Below are positions 1 through 13,301 of a DNA stretch of 64,000 nucleotides, piece by piece. Position numbers and translations under genes: made by a program. Numbering within the stretch: position 1 is the stretch's first letter; each line of letters begins with the position of its first letter. The notes under the pieces are model-generated. The model was not told where the DNA came from. It saw nothing but the letters and a program-made list of their open reading frames with translations, and ran no database searches. This DNA comes from the human T2T-CHM13v2.0 reference genome, Homo sapiens: assembly GCF_009914755.1 (NCBI RefSeq), contig NC_060932.1; one strand, written 5' to 3'.

Positions 1-518
1 TCATATGTAGAGGGTTGTTTTCCTCCTCTTTTCCAAGAGTCTAATATAAAAATGGGCTCCTATTTGTAAATTTTAGAAAAGTTCAAAAAGCTTTGGTCTA
101 AAAAATCAAAGATATAGAAGTCATGGCTATCAGAAATATTATAATATAAAACTAAAATGTATAAAAGAATGAAAAGAAGTTAAAGTCTCTTGGTTTATGG
201 TTTTCAAATGCTGACTCCCCAAAATATCACCAAAACAATTTGTGGAAAGACAATTCTGAGCATAAAGTTCCAATAGCATCTCAGAGAGGGAAAGGTCAAC
301 GTTGTGGTATTTATTAGGATTTTATAGTGTGGCTTAAGGTAGGTCTGCCAATGTAGGGGTGTGGTTAGGATTGGCGAACATAGCACAGAGAACACTTGAT
401 GGGTTATTTAAGAGGTTCCTAAAATAAGCAGGAACATTATTGGCAATGCTTGTCTTCCCAGTAAAGTAATTCCTGGAATAGTAAAGTATGATTGATGAAG
501 GCAGTGGAATAATAACTT

Positions 519-1184
519 TGTTACAGTAGGTAGCTAGTCAGTCATGAGCAGGTCAAGAGAGGACTCCTCATAAGCAGGAATGTCAGGCAACCATCAGGTG
601 AGGGTCAGGCAGTTGTTACACTATTCCTCTAAAATAATAATTGGTGCAGGCAGGCCAGGGAAAGGCAGCCTCCTGATAGATAGAAAACACCTGAAACTGG
701 TGATCAACAGCTTCCCAATAAGATCTCAAGAGCTGGGTGAGTGGGCTCAGGACTACGCTTTGAGAGACAAAATGGCAGAGTTTAACTGGTATATGACCTT
801 CTAGGAACATTTGGCTGGTAAGGGAAGAACGCCTCAAGTGAGCAGGTGTACAGCTCCAGTTACACACTGCCTATGAAGCCCCTCCCAAGTACTAGCAGGC
901 CACTGAGCATGTGGATAGCCCACCCCAAGGGAAGGAACAGGGGAGAAGGGACGCAAGCCACCAGAAGCATGCCAACATATAAAACCCTAAGTGACAGGTC
1001 CAATCATGCACTTGATCCCTCAGGTCGCCTACTAGCCCTCATCCAAGTATACTTTGCTTTCTTTCATTCCTGCTCTAAAGCTGCCTCAGTCTCTCCTTCT
1101 GCCTTATACCCATCAGTCGAATTCTTTCACTGGAGAAGGCAAGAATCAAGGTTGCTGCAGACCCATACACATTCACTGCTTAAC
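519..1184 (+). mobile_element. ERV1 solo LTR, MER50-like (MER4 group)
   Basis: Begins TGTTACAGTAGGTAGCTAGTCAG and ends ...GTTGCTGCAGACCCATACACATTCACTGCTTAAC, resembling recalled MER50/MER87-type termini; TATA-like ATATAAAA near 977. It appears to interrupt an older LTR-like sequence. Confidence 0.65.
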
Positions 1185-1494
1185 TGCATCATGTTAATAC
1201 AGAAAAGACAATAAATTTTGTGGTTACAGATGTGTGTGGTTTTCAAGATACAGAAGAATTTTTATGCTCCAGAATATACCAAAAATTTAATAATGTACTC
1301 TATTGACAGGGCATGTTATGTATGTGATGAAAAGAATACTACAAATTAACTATTAAAGAGACAAGTGATCAAACTGAAATTTTTATCAATTAGGATTCAT
1401 TGTCAATTTAAGACTATACCCAAGACTATATTGAAATAGAGGTTACAGCCAAAGTAGAAGAAAGTTTTAGTAAGAAACAACATCTCTGGAGCAG

Positions 1495-1527
1495 TTTTCT
1501 TTCTTTCTTTCTTTCTTTCTTTTTTTC
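1495..1527. repeat. (CTTT)n short microsatellite
   Basis: Direct reading: TTTTCTTTCTTTCTTTCTTTCTTTCTTTTTTT. Confidence 0.85.
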
Positions 1528-2222
1528 CTGATTGAAATATCTCCTTATTATGTAGGTTGGTTTTAACAGTGGTCAATTCTGTAGAAAGAAAGACCAATTA
1601 AATGAGAACAAAAAGAGTCTATTTGCTGAGAGCTTGCTGTAAAAAGGGAGTAAACCTTTTCACTTGCATTTGAAAGTCACTTAAGGCAGGTGGGGCAAGA
1701 AGGCTTTCTAGTGAGCAAAAGGGAAGGCCACAGGCATGCTGTGATTGCTGATGTATGAAAGATGAAGGCAGCTGACTAGTGTGGGAGGCCAGAATATTCA
1801 CCCCAAAATATGTAGGATTGTTGAGCTGAAGGCAGTCAAGAAGCAGATGCAGTAAAGTTTTCCCTCTCTCTATCTGCCCAAAAGCAGGACACAGATTTAC
1901 AAAGACAAATGATATTCTGCACTTTCTCTACCAAAGAGAACAGAAGTTGACTAGGGAAGACATTAGGCCCTCATCAGTCTGGAGGTGATACTAGAGGAAT
2001 CTGCAGTGACAAATATTACCCCCTTGCCATTATATGCCAGTTATTTCTCTCCCCCACAAGTCTACCACCCCTAGAGACTCAAAGTCTTTTTCTTTTGTCT
2101 TGCTGCTTCTCTAAAACTTTTCTGTCCTTTACTAAATATGCTATATAAGCTGGAATTCAAAGCTTACTTCTTTGCGAACTACTCATTCCCAGGGCGTGTC
2201 CCATGTATACGAACTATTCATG

Positions 2223-3193
2223 TGCTATGGTCTGAACGTATCCCCTCAGTATTCATTATGTTCAAATTTAATAGCCAATGTGATAGTATAAAAAGGTAGG
2301 CTCCTAGGAGGTGATGAAGCCACGAGAGTGAAGCCCTCTTCAATGAGATTAATACCCTTGTATTAAAGGTTGGAGGAAGTGTTCTAGCCCTTGCCCCATC
2401 TGCCATGTGAGGAAGTTATTAAGGTGCTGTTTTAGGAGTTATTAAGAAATTATTTTAGGCAGATAGAGAGGAAAAGGGGTCCTTAAGAAGTTTTCGCTTC
2501 CTTTAAAGCAGCTCCAGAAATGTTTCTTGTCTAGCAGGAAAGCCCAGGCTCTTAGACCCAGGCTGGCTACCTTTGATATGCAAATCCCAGCCATTAGAAA
2601 CTGGGTTCACCCAAACATGGTGATTCCCATCAGTGTCTTCTTGCCCTTGCCCTCACATGTGTCTGGCAGCATGGCCGCCCCCACATATCCCCACTATATA
2701 GAACATCATGGCACCCTGTATTTGCATATTAAAAGGCTAGGGTGGGAGGGCTATGTGAGCGACAGGCCTGGCCAAACCAATCCCCTGAGCCCTATGCAAA
2801 TCAGACACCACCTCCCCCAGACTCTTCATATAAGTAGCCACGTTTCTAAGGCACTGGGGTCTCCTCTCTTGGCTTTGGAGCTCCCATCCCTCTGTCGCTG
2901 TACAGGGGAGGTTCTTCCTTCATTTTTCTCTTTTCTTTCTTGCCTATTAAACTTTCTGCTCCTTAAAACCACTCCAAGTGTGTCCGTGTGGTTTTATCCA
3001 TTTCACGTGAGACAAGAGCCCCGGTGCTCCTCCACTCATCAGAGCTGCATCAGTGCCATCTTCAAAGCAGAGACCAAGTCCTAGCCAGACAACATACCTG
3101 CTCAGCTCTGATCTTGGACTTAACAGCCTCCACAACGGTGAGAAATAAGTTTCTATTTTCTATAAATTATAGCAGCCTGAATGGACTAAGACA
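2223..3193 (+). mobile_element. MaLR solo LTR (MSTC/MLT1A-like; pieces 2223-2427 and 3053-3193)
   Basis: TGCTATGGTCTGAA start and ...AATGGACTAAGACA end; internal AAGGTGC|CATCTTCAAAGCAGAGACC is continuous across the nested insert. Confidence 0.8.
2428..3052 (+). mobile_element. ERV1 MER4-group solo LTR (MER61/MER83/MER84-like)
   Basis: TG...CA termini, start TGTTTTAGGAGTTATTAAGAAATTATTTTAGGCAGATAG, ATTAAA near 2946, exact 4-bp TSD GTGC (2424-2427, 3053-3056). Confidence 0.75.
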
Positions 3194-3944
3194 ACGCTAA
3201 TAAACTGTTTTTATCTTGTGAATCTGTCTTTCATTGCAGGACTCTGCTTCAACTACGAACTTAGGAGGTTAAGTAAAAACATGATTTTCTATTTCCAACT
3301 AGAAGCTGGACATCCTAAGTGATTGGTTAGAGGAGTATGTTTAGTTTTCTCTGTCTGGTTCCAAGTTGAAAGTAAGAACAACAACAACATGGGGAAGACT
3401 GCAATTTTTGACCACGTCCTGATCATTCTGTGCTGATCGCCACCAAGCTGGGGGTCAGGGTTCTGTTATCATCTCTGCTCTGTTCATTGCTTGAATATTC
3501 TCTCTCTATCTATAGAGGGAAAAAACAATAACCTTCATTATCAGAAACCTCATTCTAAGTTTGCTTTTCTATCTAGGTGTCCACGTACAAATCACTTAGC
3601 TTTTTAAATATACAAATATGTTTCCTAACTGAGTAGCAATAGAAGTAGTATTTTTGCTAGGCTTGAGTTGCTTACTATTACAAAAAATTATACTTATATT
3701 TATATAATAAAACCTAATCTTAGGCTCAAATGCACATAAACTAAAGGGCAGTGCTTGTCTTTTGCTTAATATTCATATTACAAATTAATTTTTATTTATA
3801 ATTAATATATGAACATGATCTTTTCAAAAAATACACAATATGATGGTTAAATCTAACATCCTTTTTTGATAATCACCCCTGGTTTTAAGAATATAACTGT
3901 CTAGAGAAAATAATTAACAGAGGTCATTGTGTATTATCTAGAAC

Positions 3945-4096
3945 TCATTGTATGCCAGGCAATTTTCTGACAACCTCATGGAGTCGGTACTATTTTTATC
4001 CCTATTTTACAGATGAGGAAACTGATGCCAAGAGATTTTCACATAGCTCACCAAGTCACTAGCTAGTAAGCAGTAGAGCCAGGATTCAAATTCAGG
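3945..4096 (-). mobile_element. MIR SINE
   Basis: MIR core in reverse: TATTTTACAGATGAGGAAACTGA...GCTAGTAAGCAGTAGAGCCAGGATTCAAA. Confidence 0.8.
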
Positions 4097-4149
4097 AAAA
4101 AAAGCACATGAGAAGGTTCATGCTGCTTCCTGATCAAACCCTTACTCTC

Positions 4150-4600
4150 GAAGGGTAACCACCATCCTGCTTTCTAACTGCATACATTCATTGTGCCTCT
4201 TTCTGTATTTTATATAATTTCATATAAAAATGTGTTTGTACATGGCATATTTTGTGGAGTGTTATGTTTTGAAATTTATTCATGTTTGCTGTCTATAGTT
4301 GTAGGTCATTCTTCTCTTTGCTGTAACCCATTGTGTGAATGTACTTCAACTTTATCATCATTTAACTGTTAGTGGGCATTAGGATACTTTAAAGTTTGAG
4401 GTAATTATGACCAGTGCAATATGAACATTCTCGTAAATGTTTTTGATAAACATATGCATCAGTCTCATTTGAATATTTACCTAGAAATGGAATTCCTGTA
4501 TGAGATCATAGAATACATACATATTTAGATTTCGTAGATACTATCAACGAGTTTTTACCCACTTGATACACCACCAGTGGTACATGACAGTTAAGTTTAA
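4150..4600 (-). mobile_element. Old L1M (L1ME-like) 3' fragment
   Basis: GGTAACCACCATCCTG...TATGAACATTCTCGTA...ACCTAGAAATGGAATT, reverse L1M 3' region motifs. Confidence 0.6.
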
Positions 4601-5827
4601 TTGACGTATTTCAGCACTGTGCGAGTCTGTAGTATTTAGACTTAACAGAAAGAGATGGATATTTCCCAAAGAAGTTTCATTTCTAGTTACATATATTAGC
4701 TGAGCATGACTTTTTTGTTAACTTCCTAGGGGGGATGAGTGCTTGTGTGATTTTTTTTCATGAGCTAGAACTCACTAAAATAACTCTTGCATGTATTTGC
4801 ATATATTTTACATAGGATACTGCTCTCTAAAATTATTCTTGCATTTAAGAAAAAATTGCCTTTATTGTTTCACACTTTCAAAAACACATTGACATGCATT
4901 ATAACACATGATTTTCAAAATAAGGCTTTGATATGTCCAAGGTTGCACAATGAATCCCCTAAAAACACTGCCTAAATTGTGATACAGCAGTCACGAAATT
5001 GTAATAAGTTTGGTGTATACAATGCATTTCAATGGTAATCACTTAATATCCTACCTAGTACCTTGGCTTCCTACAATATTTATAAAAAGTAATAAATTCT
5101 AATATTGAAGCAGTAGATAATATCTCAAAGAAAAGATATTGACCAAAAGGACAATGAAGTAGGTCTTTAAATTTTTTAAAGAGAATGATAAACTTTGACA
5201 TAGATTATTCTGACAAGGATAATCATTATACTTTTTTTTAAACAATAAGTGTATCAATTTAGATTTCTGATAAAACAAAAAGTTGTTATTTACTTGGCAG
5301 AAAAAAATAGTACTTACAGGTACTGATATATTTCCAGTTGTGAAGGTTTTTGTAAAATGATATCAATTTACTTATTTCTATTTAATGCCCCAAATAGCTC
5401 TGCAGGGAAATGTGAATCATTTCAATCAGCTAAAGCTACAATATAAAACCACTGGAGTATAAACCTTTGAGAACTGTTTTTGAAAGACTAAATTACCTTA
5501 GAAATACATATTTCTCTGTTCATCATTTATCTTAAAAGTAAAATTTTATTTATTCCTTGAGGGACAGTCAACATAACAATTTTGTAGATGAATCCCAAGC
5601 CTAACATCAAAACCGAAATTGTAGCTGAAGGATGCTGCCTCAAATCCTTTGATTTAGCGTATTAATACCAAGCATCTAAGGTTTTAAAATCTAAAACAAA
5701 TTGTAATTTTTAAACACCGAATAGTGTATGATTTTTTAGATGTTGCAAAGTCACCGCTGAATATTCAATGCCTGACAGTTTGGAAATGGGTTCTGTAGAG
5801 GGAAAGTTTTACAGAATTATATATATT

Positions 5828-5858
5828 TGTGTGTGTGTGTTTGTGTGTGTATGTGTGT
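5828..5858. repeat. Interrupted (TG)n microsatellite
   Basis: Direct reading. Confidence 0.85.
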
Positions 5859-6880
5859 TATCCATTGATAAATAAGCCCAACTGAAAATTACTGTGTTTA
5901 TTCATCCTTCACTGTGTTTTGTAAACATTTGCTGAGCTTCTTCCATAACACTAAGAATTGCGCTTGTGCTTGTGCTTGTGAAGGGGCCCCATTGGCCTCA
6001 GTGCTCTGAGAAAGTGGGTTCTGACAGATCTTGAATGTTTCTGGTCAGAGAAGTGTCCTGGAGCCTTTCAATAACCTTGACAGACCAAGCCAGCCTGTAA
6101 GTCTTGAATGACCTTAAGAGTCCCCATTGAGAAACCAAATCAACAATCCCTACCAGAAATGTAGGAATGGATCAGGAGCAACCAAGCCTGAAGCAGAATG
6201 GTAGGCTCTCCACAGCCACCCTCACAGCCCTCACCCCAGATCTGTGTCAGGCCAGGTTTTGTCATTAGGGTGTCTGAGATGTTTTCCAAGGCAATTGGTC
6301 CCGCATTATTCAATATTTTGCCAGATCTAAAAATAATCCTTACATTTACATATTTTATTTAGATAGAATGCGGATATAGGTTAATGAACCTCTAAAACTT
6401 CTCATGGAAATCCATCTAAAAGACTATTTTAAAAAATACTGTAGTAGGTGTATACAGTAACATTCTAGATACTGCTCTGTAGTAGAGAAGCATCATGTCT
6501 TCAGAATCTTTTACCTGAACTTATTTCTTCCCCAATAAGATAGCACTTTATATTGGCATTCATTAGTAGGGATATTAAATGAGTGCACTATGCTGTTAGA
6601 TCAATGATCAGCACTGTGTCACGCTGAGTGTACAATTATATCCTCACGCCATAAATCCAATAGTGTCTTGTATAATGAATGAATACTTTTAAATGAATGC
6701 ATATAAAAATGAATCAAGAAAAATAATGCAAAAAAACAGAAGCAAAAAGTATTTTTTCTTCTTTTTTATTTCATCCATTTCTGATCTAGAAAAGCAGTTA
6801 GAGTGACATCTTGAAAACAGTCAGGTGAAAATGCTGGAGGTACAGCCAGACATATTTTTAACCTACATAAGAATATTTTG

Positions 6881-7148
<268 letters not shown>

Positions 7149-10043
7149 TCATAGCAGACCTGTATCAGAGTTACTAATTATAGGCTAAAGTTTCCCTCCA
7201 TAAGTAGATAATAAATAAAATTAGACCAGGAGATAAAGCACAGTTCTTTAAAGCACTGGCTTCATCTGCATCAGATTTCTTCTCTCCTGCTGGTTGCATT
7301 AAGACCCTCACCCTCCAAATATATTTGACAGCCATTATCCAGCATTGACTATCTTTTCTGGATCTTGACTCCACTTTGTTCCTAGCAAAAAGAAACATGG
7401 TATACTTTGGGGACCTGCTGTGGATGACTGCCCTCCTTGCATTCTCCTGATCACTCTCAGTTATAGCCAGTGGCGATGGGATCTGCCTCTGAAGAATCCT
7501 CCCCGTGTATCTGCTACTCCTTGCCCATGAAGAAGCATTGCTCACCTAGACCCCTGTCATCATCGGGTGCTTCAGATCTCTCTCAGGGAGCATCCTCAAA
7601 CCAAAGTGCAGAAGGCCAGCCCTCAGTACTGGCTACAGAGCAGACACTGCAGTGCTAGGATTCCTCCCTCAGTCAAACCATTCAAAGACTTGGGATTCTA
7701 ACCATAAAGTTCCCTCTGAAATCCTTGATAAACCTAAATATCACTCTCTGTCTTGTTAAAAACTCTCTCTGTCTTGTTAAAAATTCTATAGCACCAACAG
7801 AGAATCTCATGTTAATTCTACTAACTAAACAACATCTATCTTCATTTCCTATCAGATTTTGTTCTCTTTTAAAAATCTTCCCAAATGTACTGAGGGATCT
7901 TTTGTACTTTCAAAGATCCGATTTGAGGCAGTCATTGTACGACATGTTATTTATGTGAAACAAAAGCAACCGTTTTCTAGTTTTGCCTTTTAAACCACTG
8001 TGTAAGCTCATTCAATACCCAGCTCAGCCTTAGGAAACAACTTACATTTATCTCAAATGTCAATGTTCAGTGAGAAGAAAAACTTTAGTCTTACACCCCA
8101 TATATTGAATTGTAGTCACGATGCTACAGTTTACAGGTTTTGAACTAAAGAAAAGATTTTCCCCTCTTTATCACTCTCTTGGTCTCACAAACGAACATAT
8201 AAACACATATATAAAATGTACATTTAGTGCATTTGCTAAAGAACAGATAGAATGATCCATGAAACACAACTGAGACTCAGAAACAGACCCAAACACAGTC
8301 AACTGTTTTTTGACAAAAAACCCACAAAACAATTTATTGAAGAAATGATAATTCTTCCAACAAATGGTGTTGAACAATTAGATGTTCATATGCATAAAAA
8401 TGAGCTTTCACCTACACTTTATATTTTATATAAAAATTAATTCAAAATGGATTTTGGACTTAATTATAGAATGCAAAACTATGTAACCCAGAAGAAAACA
8501 TAGGAGAAAATCTAGGTTATCTTGAATTTGGTGTTGAGTTTTTAGCTACAACACTAAAACATAATTCATGAATAACAACAAAAAAAGGTTGAACTTCATT
8601 AAAGTTAAAATTTTTACCCTAAGAAAGGCACTGTTAATAGACTGGAAACATGAGTCAGTGATTGCAATAAAATATTTGCATGTTATATATCTGGTAAAGA
8701 CATGTATTCACAATATGAAAAGAATCCTAATACAAAATAAGAAAACAATCCTAATAAAAATACTAAAAAGACTTGAATGCCCAAAGAAGATATAGATAGC
8801 AAATAAGCACATGAAAAGGTATCCCATATCATTTGTCACTAGGAAAATGCAAATTAAAACAGCATTGAGATGCCACTACAAATCTATTAAAATGACTGAA
8901 TCCAAAAACCAGCAACACCAATTGCTGACAAAGAGATGGATAAACAGGAACTCTCATTCATTGCTGTTGTGAATGCAAAATGGTACCGCCACTCTGGAAG
9001 ACAGTTTGGCAGCTTCTTAAGAAGCTAAATTAGTCTTACCATATCATCCAGTAACGGCACCAGTGGTGTTTACCCAACAGATTGGAAAGCATATCCACAC
9101 ACAAATGTGCACAAAATGTAACTACTTTATCTGTAATTACTTCAAATTGGAAGCAACTAGTATCTTCTTAGATAACTTTATATAATAGGTGAACGAATAA
9201 ACAGCCTGTGGTACATCCATGTAATGAAATATTATTCAACAGTAACAGTGAAAACAAAAGAGCTATTAAACCACAAAGAGACTTGGAAAGAATTTTAAGT
9301 GCATATTGCTAAGTGAAAGCAGCCAGTCTGAGAAGGCTGCATGCTGCATGTTTCTATTTATGTGACATTCTAGAAAGGACACAGCTACAAAGACGGAAAA
9401 CAGGACAGTGGTTGCCAGAAATGTAGGGAAGTGATAAGGTGAAATATGTAAGCACAGATGATTTTTTTTAGAGCTTGAAACTATTGTGCATGACAATGTA
9501 AGGTGGGTACATGATATGAATTTCACAAAACCCATGGAACTTTGTAGCATAAAAGTAAACTTTTATGTATGGAAATTGAAAACAACACACCTAGGAGTAC
9601 ACGTGATCCTAGGGTAGAATGCAGATGATGACAATGATTCTAACAGTATTACAAATGTATGGCATAACCTCACTGAAAGAGTTGGGGAAAATTGTGGTGG
9701 CAACTTAAGTAATGTTGGGAACGACTGGAAAGTATAATAGCGAAAAACAAAGGATCTGAACATAAGCACTATAGTCCAGTTGGTAAAGCTGTTTCTCATG
9801 GGGAAGTGTTAATAGCTCTGAAACTATAGATGTGCACTGGGGTTGAACAAATGAATGGACGATGGGTGGCAAGACATAGGTTCCTCACTGCTGCAGGGGA
9901 GCTTACAGATCAGCACGAGGTGAGAGGGTGTGGGGGTGGAATGGCCCATACAGACCATATCAGAGTTGTAGACATGAGTGTGAACTTACATTTGGCTCGA
10001 CACAGGTAGTAATGGCTGGATATAGAAATAATTTCAGATATTG

Positions 10044-10365
10044 GGCCGGGCGCGGTGGCTCACACCTGTAATCCCAGCCCTTTGGGAGGCCGAGGCAGGT
10101 GGATCATGAGGTCAGGATATCAAGAACATCCTGGCTAACATGGTGAAACCCCGTCTCTACTAAAAAATACAAAAAAAATTAGCCGGGCATAGTGGCGGGC
10201 ACCTGTAGTCCCAGCTACTCAGGAGGGTGAGGCAGGAGAGTGGGGTGAACCCAGGAGGTGAAGCTTGCAGTGAGCCGAGATCGTGCCACTGCACTCCAGT
10301 CTGGGCGACAGAGCGAGACTCTGTCACAAAAAAATAAAAAGAAAAAACAAAAAAAAAAAAAGAAA
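10044..10365 (+). mobile_element. AluY-like, full length
   Basis: GGCCGGGCGCGGTGGCTCA start; CATCCTGGCTAAC and GTGAACCC...AGCTTGCAG AluY diagnostics; TSD AGAAATAATTTCAGAT (10024-10039, 10366-10381). Confidence 0.93.
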
Positions 10366-10663
10366 AGAAATAATTTCAGATTTTAGATATTGACATATAC
10401 TCAGATTACTGTCCTACATATATTTCCCAGCTGGGGTTGCTGAGAGGGCATAGAACCAATGGCATCTAGTAAAAATAAGCCGATCTACAGCCCAGATCTT
10501 CGTTTCTAATACAATTATTAAAAATATATAGAGAACTAGAGCTAACTGGAGATGTGGCTGATTTGGGAGCAGGAGATACACAAGATAACCTCAGAGCATC
10601 TTATAATTCCAGGAAGGCAATGCTAAACAAAATAAAAATAAAAAGAAATAAAGAAAAAAATGG

Positions 10664-10935
10664 GGCTGGGCGAGGTGGCTCACACCTGTAATCCCAGCAC
10701 TTTGGGAGGCCGACACGTGTAGATCACGAGGTCAGGAGTTCAAGATCAGCCTGGCCAAGATGGTGAAACCCCGTCTCTACTAAAAATACAAAAAATTAGC
10801 CAGGTGCAGTGGCAGGCTGAGACAGGAGAATCACCTGAACTCAAGAGGGCAGTGGTTGCAGTGAGCTGAGATTGTGCCACTGCACTACAGCCTGGGCAAC
10901 AGAGTGAGACTCTGTTTCAAAAAAACAAACAAACA
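10664..10935 (+). mobile_element. AluS (Sg/Sx-like) with a short right-arm deletion
   Basis: Dimeric Alu lacking the CCTGTAATCCCAGCTACTC segment near 10815; flanks AAAAAAATGG on both sides. Confidence 0.9.
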
Positions 10936-12397
10936 AAAAAATGGGAATATGGGAAAGAACACATGAGCCAACAGGAAGAGTGCCCAATGGCCAAAGCTGA
11001 TATAATTTGAACAATCAAATAAACAATGTATTATTGGAATACAATCCAAATTATGAAAAAAAACTCCTCTGAGTTCATACTGACATAAATAGCTAATATG
11101 AATAAAAAAATAAATGGAGGAGAAGAGATATATCTTCTGTATAGGATGTTTCCAAATAATTATTGGCAATTCCATACCTTCACAGAGGTGGATCATGACT
11201 TCTCACTCCCTAAGTGAGCCATGTTTATAGTGACTTTCTTCCAAAAAAGACAGATATAGAAATGAGGGGTAAAAAGAGGAGCTTTACAATGGACAAAACC
11301 TGACAAGCCCTACCTCTGCCAAGGGATCAAGGTCACCATCACCAGTAAGTAGTTTTGTTGATAGCCTGTGTTCTGGATAAAATGTGATAAGGATGGCACT
11401 TCACATTTGTGGTCTTCATCCAGAAAACCATAAACCATATTTAAAAGTAAGAAGAAAAATACATGAAGCCAAAGGGAGGGTCATTCTTCAAAACAGTGGA
11501 CCAACGCTCCTCAGCACTGTCACGGTCATAAAAAACAAGAAAAATCTGAAAAACTGTCACAGCCAAGAGGAACCTAAGACATGGTGAACAAATGTAATGT
11601 GGTGTCTTGGATGGGATCCTGGAACATAACAAGAATAGTAGATAAAAACCAAGAAAATCTGAATTAAAATAAAGGCTTTAAGGCAAAATACTAAAAATTG
11701 AGAGAACTGGGTGTAGGGCCCATGAGAATGCCTCTGTGTACTTTCCTTGCAATCTAAAACTTTTCTAAAATAAACAATTTTTTTTAATTACATGCATTTC
11801 TCTTGGAAAAATGTCACAAATGCCATCAAAGGGAATTTAATGATTTGGAAAATAAGTGATTTCTGTGCAAAAATTTGAAGAACTAAAATGACAATATATC
11901 TATTTGCTTTTGTGGTATTAGGAAGGTTGGGGCTAGTGCTGGTACATTCAAGTTCTCAAAGTAAGTAATTGAATGAATGTTAGTAATAAACTCAAGTAGA
12001 CTTAAAGAATGCTATTCTTTAAGTTGCTTTGTTTGTGTATATGTCTAGAAAATAGGACTAATTTTATTTTTGTTCTATCAAATAAAACAATTTAAAAATT
12101 TTTCTAAGGAAATGTTTCAAAACAGTTTTCCCACCTTTGCACACTGAATCCCTACCCCGACATTTTTCATATGCCTTTCTTAATATAAGACTTTAAAAAT
12201 TTTAAGTAATTAAAAAATTATCTATTTATCGTCCTATGTTTTATGACTATTTCATAGTAAGTTCAGGTATGTCACTTGCTTAAAGCGTGAATTAGTTCTA
12301 CCCCTTCCAGTTAGTTACATCTGAAGTAATATTGAGGACAACATTGTAATCCTCAAGCAAGAGATGATTAATCAATGATGAAAAAACCTTCCTCTAA

Positions 12398-12623
<226 letters not shown>

Positions 12624-12989
12624 AACTTATCTTTACAGAGCAAATCCATATCTCAAAATGAGGAGCCAAAATAAGGACTCAAGAATAAGCAGTGCACAGT
12701 CGCTACCTCTAGGAAGGGTTATACAGGTGCAAATCTGATAAGTTCCATAAAATAGAGTCGAGAAGATGTAGAAATGTTGCCTAGGAATAAATATTGCCCC
12801 AGGAATATCTCAAAAAATGGCAATACCAAATATAAATGGAAAAGCATTAAAATAATTCACATTTTGAGAGTACAGAAATGAAAAAAGCGGGGTGGGGGGA
12901 AGAAAAATGTGATGCATAGCAGTGACAAGGCTGAGACACCTGACCATAAAGAGGCTCGTAAGCCATGCACAGGAGTTTGGAGTTCAGCT

Positions 12990-13301
12990 GTGGATTCATT
13001 TGCTAGGACTGCCAGAACAAAGTTACCACAGACTGGGTGGCTTAACAACAGAAATTTAACTTCTCACAGTTCTGGAGGCTGGAAGTCCAAGATCAAGGTG
13101 TCAGCAAGATTGGTTTCTCCTGAGGCCCCTCTCCTTCGTGTGTGGATGATTGGACACCAGTCATGTTGAATCGGAGTGCACCCATATGATTTCATTTCAT
13201 CTCTATAAAGACACTATCTCCAAATATAGTCACAGTCTGAGGTTCTTGGGGTTCCTACTTCAATAGATGAATATTGTAAGGACACAGTGCAGCCCATGAC
13301 A
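12990..13301 (-). mobile_element. MLT1 (B/C-like) MaLR LTR
   Basis: CCACAGACTGGGTGGCTTAACAACAGAAATT...CACAGTTCTGGAGGCTGGAAGTCCAAGATCAAGGTG. Confidence 0.85.

Larger units (their letters stand above)
1780..3297 (+). mobile_element. MER34A-like ERV1 solo LTR (pieces 1780-2222 and 3194-3297)
   Basis: Start TGTGGGAGGCCAGAATATTCACCCCAAAATATG is typical of MER34/MER39. It resumes after the MaLR with AATAAA (3199) and ends in CA; flanking ACTAG TSD. Confidence 0.7.
1578..3510 (-). mobile_element. Old LTR (LTR40/LTR52-like, family uncertain), split by nested insertions; pieces ~1578-1779 and ~3298-3510
   Basis: The halves join as GCTGACTAG|AAGCTGGACATCCTAAGTGATTGGTT, matching a recalled LTR consensus. 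ACTAG is duplicated at 1775-1779 and 3298-3302. Confidence 0.5.
8235..11780 (+). mobile_element. Old L1 (L1MC/L1MD-like) ORF2 end plus long 3' UTR, interrupted by two Alus
   Basis: Degenerate ORF2 C-terminal DNA (AAATGCAAATTAAAAC, GAACTCTCATTCATTGCTG) followed by L1MC/MD 3' UTR motifs (AAAACCTGACAAG, AACTGTCACAGCCAAGAGG). Confidence 0.75.

Noticed and set aside
2527-3084. 185-aa ORF
   Set aside because: It lies within an LTR, starts at a non-ATG codon and resembles no protein family I recognise.
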